This document shows, piece by piece, positions 62,046 to 64,000 of a stretch of 64,000 nt of DNA. The DNA comes from Hormiphora californensis (taxonomy: Eukaryota > Animalia > Ctenophora), in NCBI GenBank assembly GCA_020137815.1, contig CM035351.1, positions 4,030,001-4,094,000 of the forward strand, read 5' to 3'. Below the pieces are notes generated by a model that was not told the DNA's origin, did not search any database, and saw nothing but the letters and a program-made list of their open reading frames with translations. Within the stretch, counting starts at the first letter, position 1. Each line of letters starts with the position of its first letter. Position numbers and translations under genes: made by a program.

Positions 62046-62633
62046 TTTCACCTAATGTGTTTTGTGTTAAATTTGTTTGTAATAATGTTATTATTGATTA
62101 ATTATTATTATATATTGCTATGTTTTCCCTCACATGATAAATCAACCGAGTTTTGAATTTGTGAAAACATCCTACTTCTCTCTTCATTGTGCGTGTGCGA
62201 GTACAGGCTTCACAACTGCTGTTGTATTTCCGAGAGAGAAGCAGGGTGTGTCTATCTTTGGTGGCACGTAAACCTTAGTTACACATTGTCACAAACCCAT
62301 GGTTACCATAGTTACACAACCTTACAAGCCTATGGTTACACATTATCACTTGCCCATGGTTGCCATGGTTACACAAGCAGTACCACACCCTTTGTGTACT
62401 AGACCCTCTCACAAAGGAGGAAGTCCCATTTCCTGTATTGACATTCTCAGTACACAATACACTCACACAATGGGAAGCATTATACAATATACACTACACG
62501 TTGACATTGGATCCACCGCATAATTCTTGGAATTCTTACTCCTAGTCCCCACCATAATGCGTGCATCTCCTGTCTGGCGCCGACCCGATCTGAGCGCATT
62601 GAGAATTAAAACGGAGTCTGGCACCGCCAGACC

Positions 62634-62865
62634 TAAAGGTCCCCCCAAACTACTATGTCCCTTGCTGCGCGCGACCGGATTTTAGACGGCCATAGCTCCA
62701 CCCCCTGATAAGATAGAGACTTGAAATTTGTTTTGTGAGGAGATCATATCGAGTTCTTCCTACATAACAAATTTCAAGTCTCTATCTCATCAGGGGGTGG
62801 AGTTATGACCGTGGGAAATTTTACAAAACCCGAGTGAGGGACATAGTAGTTTGGGGTGTACTTTA
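62634..62865. mobile_element. Hairpin MITE
   Basis: TAAAG..CCCCAAACTACTATGTCCCT / AGGGACATAGTAGTTTGGGG..CTTTA, and an inner inverted repeat CTCCACCCCCTGAT.AGATAGAGACTTGAAATTTGTT. Confidence 0.8.
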
Positions 62866-63473
62866 GATCATCTCTTGGATTTGAAATCAAAGTAAAAGGC
62901 GTTGTTTTTAAGAGAAATGTCGAATACACACACAAACAACTTCTCTATACACAAATAGCCCAATTGATATACAAATTCTAGTTGCGATTACGAATTCCTC
63001 TCTTCTTGCTAGGCATTTTAACATATTTAACAAAACGCACTATCGCTACATTCTACAAATACATGTTAGCAAAAAGTCAAAATACAGTTATCCGTCATCT
63101 TCATCCTGATAGTCACTGACTCAGTGTGCAGAATATATTCACGAAATATTTTGCAATTCTACACGAACTAATTTTGTAGATATCGTGATCATTAAAATAA
63201 CTTACCCCATATATCATGTTTACTTTACAAATAAACACAAACTCAATATTATCACAAAGTCCTCGAAATATAACTAGTTGTCACTGCTACATTGCCAAAC
63301 ACTCACTAAGTAGGCCAGCTACATGACGTGGTGTCTCAACATGATGGATAATTCCCTAAAACGCAAAAAGACTCATTAAAATAATTCAACAGTCCCATTT
63401 AGGCAAGTGTAGAGGAAAAGGGCCGTGATCCCTGTCCTCTGTTGCCTAGTGACAATTCACAATAGTCTAGTCT

Positions 63474-64000
63474 CTAGTATTTTTCAAGGAAGTTCAGCCT
63501 GAGTCCGCTGGGTGGAGAGATGAGGGTAAAATCGACATCGAAGGGCTGGTATGTGAAGTTGACGGTTTGGATCTTGTTTGGGTCAAGCATCAGCTTCGCT
63601 CCACCCTCTATGGGTCTGTAGTTTAGGATGTACCTGGTAGGGGTAAATTTGTTTAGAAAGGGAGGGGGCACAAAATAAGGATAGTAGTTTCTGCTTTGTC
63701 GAGCAAGAGGCGGGAGAAGGAACAACAATGATTCACCTCCCCCACCCATTCACCCATTTCTACTCACTTGATAACGGACTGGGGTACTCTTTCCTCAAAT
63801 TCACTACTTGGAGAGTACAGAACCAGCAACTTCTGTAGTTGGAGGGTGTTCAGAGAGAAGCAAGTCTCACAGATGGCAGCGGCGTGTTCAGGCGTGCTCT
63901 TGTTCATTTGCAGCAACTGGGATGCCTGTCTGATCTCGTTGAGAGCAACCAGCACATCAACATCCTCTACATCGAGGTTCTGCTCCCTGGCCCACTGTTC
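63474..64000 (-). CDS. MYO5: Myosin V, last two exons (DIL/globular tail); gene continues beyond the window
   Basis: IRQASQLLQMNK..AICETCFSLNTLQLQKLLVLYSPSSEFEERVP; KLMLDPNKIQTVNFTYQP..PSGLRLNFL. Confidence 0.85.

Overview
Compact, intron-containing eukaryotic (animal) genomic DNA, most likely a ctenophore. This rests on a ctenophore-type spliced-leader (SL) sequence and a repeat I recall from Pleurobrachia; both are recalled, not searched. About 17 protein-coding genes lie in tight co-oriented runs: DTWD1-NSUN6 fusion > DHFR; GOLGA1 > PTS > IMPAD1/BPNT2 (with a nested antisense SF1 helicase); a minus-strand run XRCC2, F-box/LRR, SMG8, CHTOP, FDXACB1, BOLA2, DAGL (with a nested GPCR); two orphan secreted proteins; an IA-2/PTPRN-like phosphatase; and the 3' end of myosin V. 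There are also three divergent L2/CR1-group LINEs, a non-autonomous retroposon family, several MITEs and many micro/minisatellites. Main candidate novel system: both 5'-complete LINEs begin with an identical 40-nt SL-like exon and lie in sense orientation within host transcription units, suggesting promoter-less LINEs that are released and capped by SL trans-splicing. All three LINEs also keep an in-frame A_AAA_AAC slippery heptamer at the ORF1/ORF2 overlap, suggesting -1 programmed frameshifting. Several single-base frameshifts in host genes suggest residual assembly indels. Exon boundaries were read by eye.
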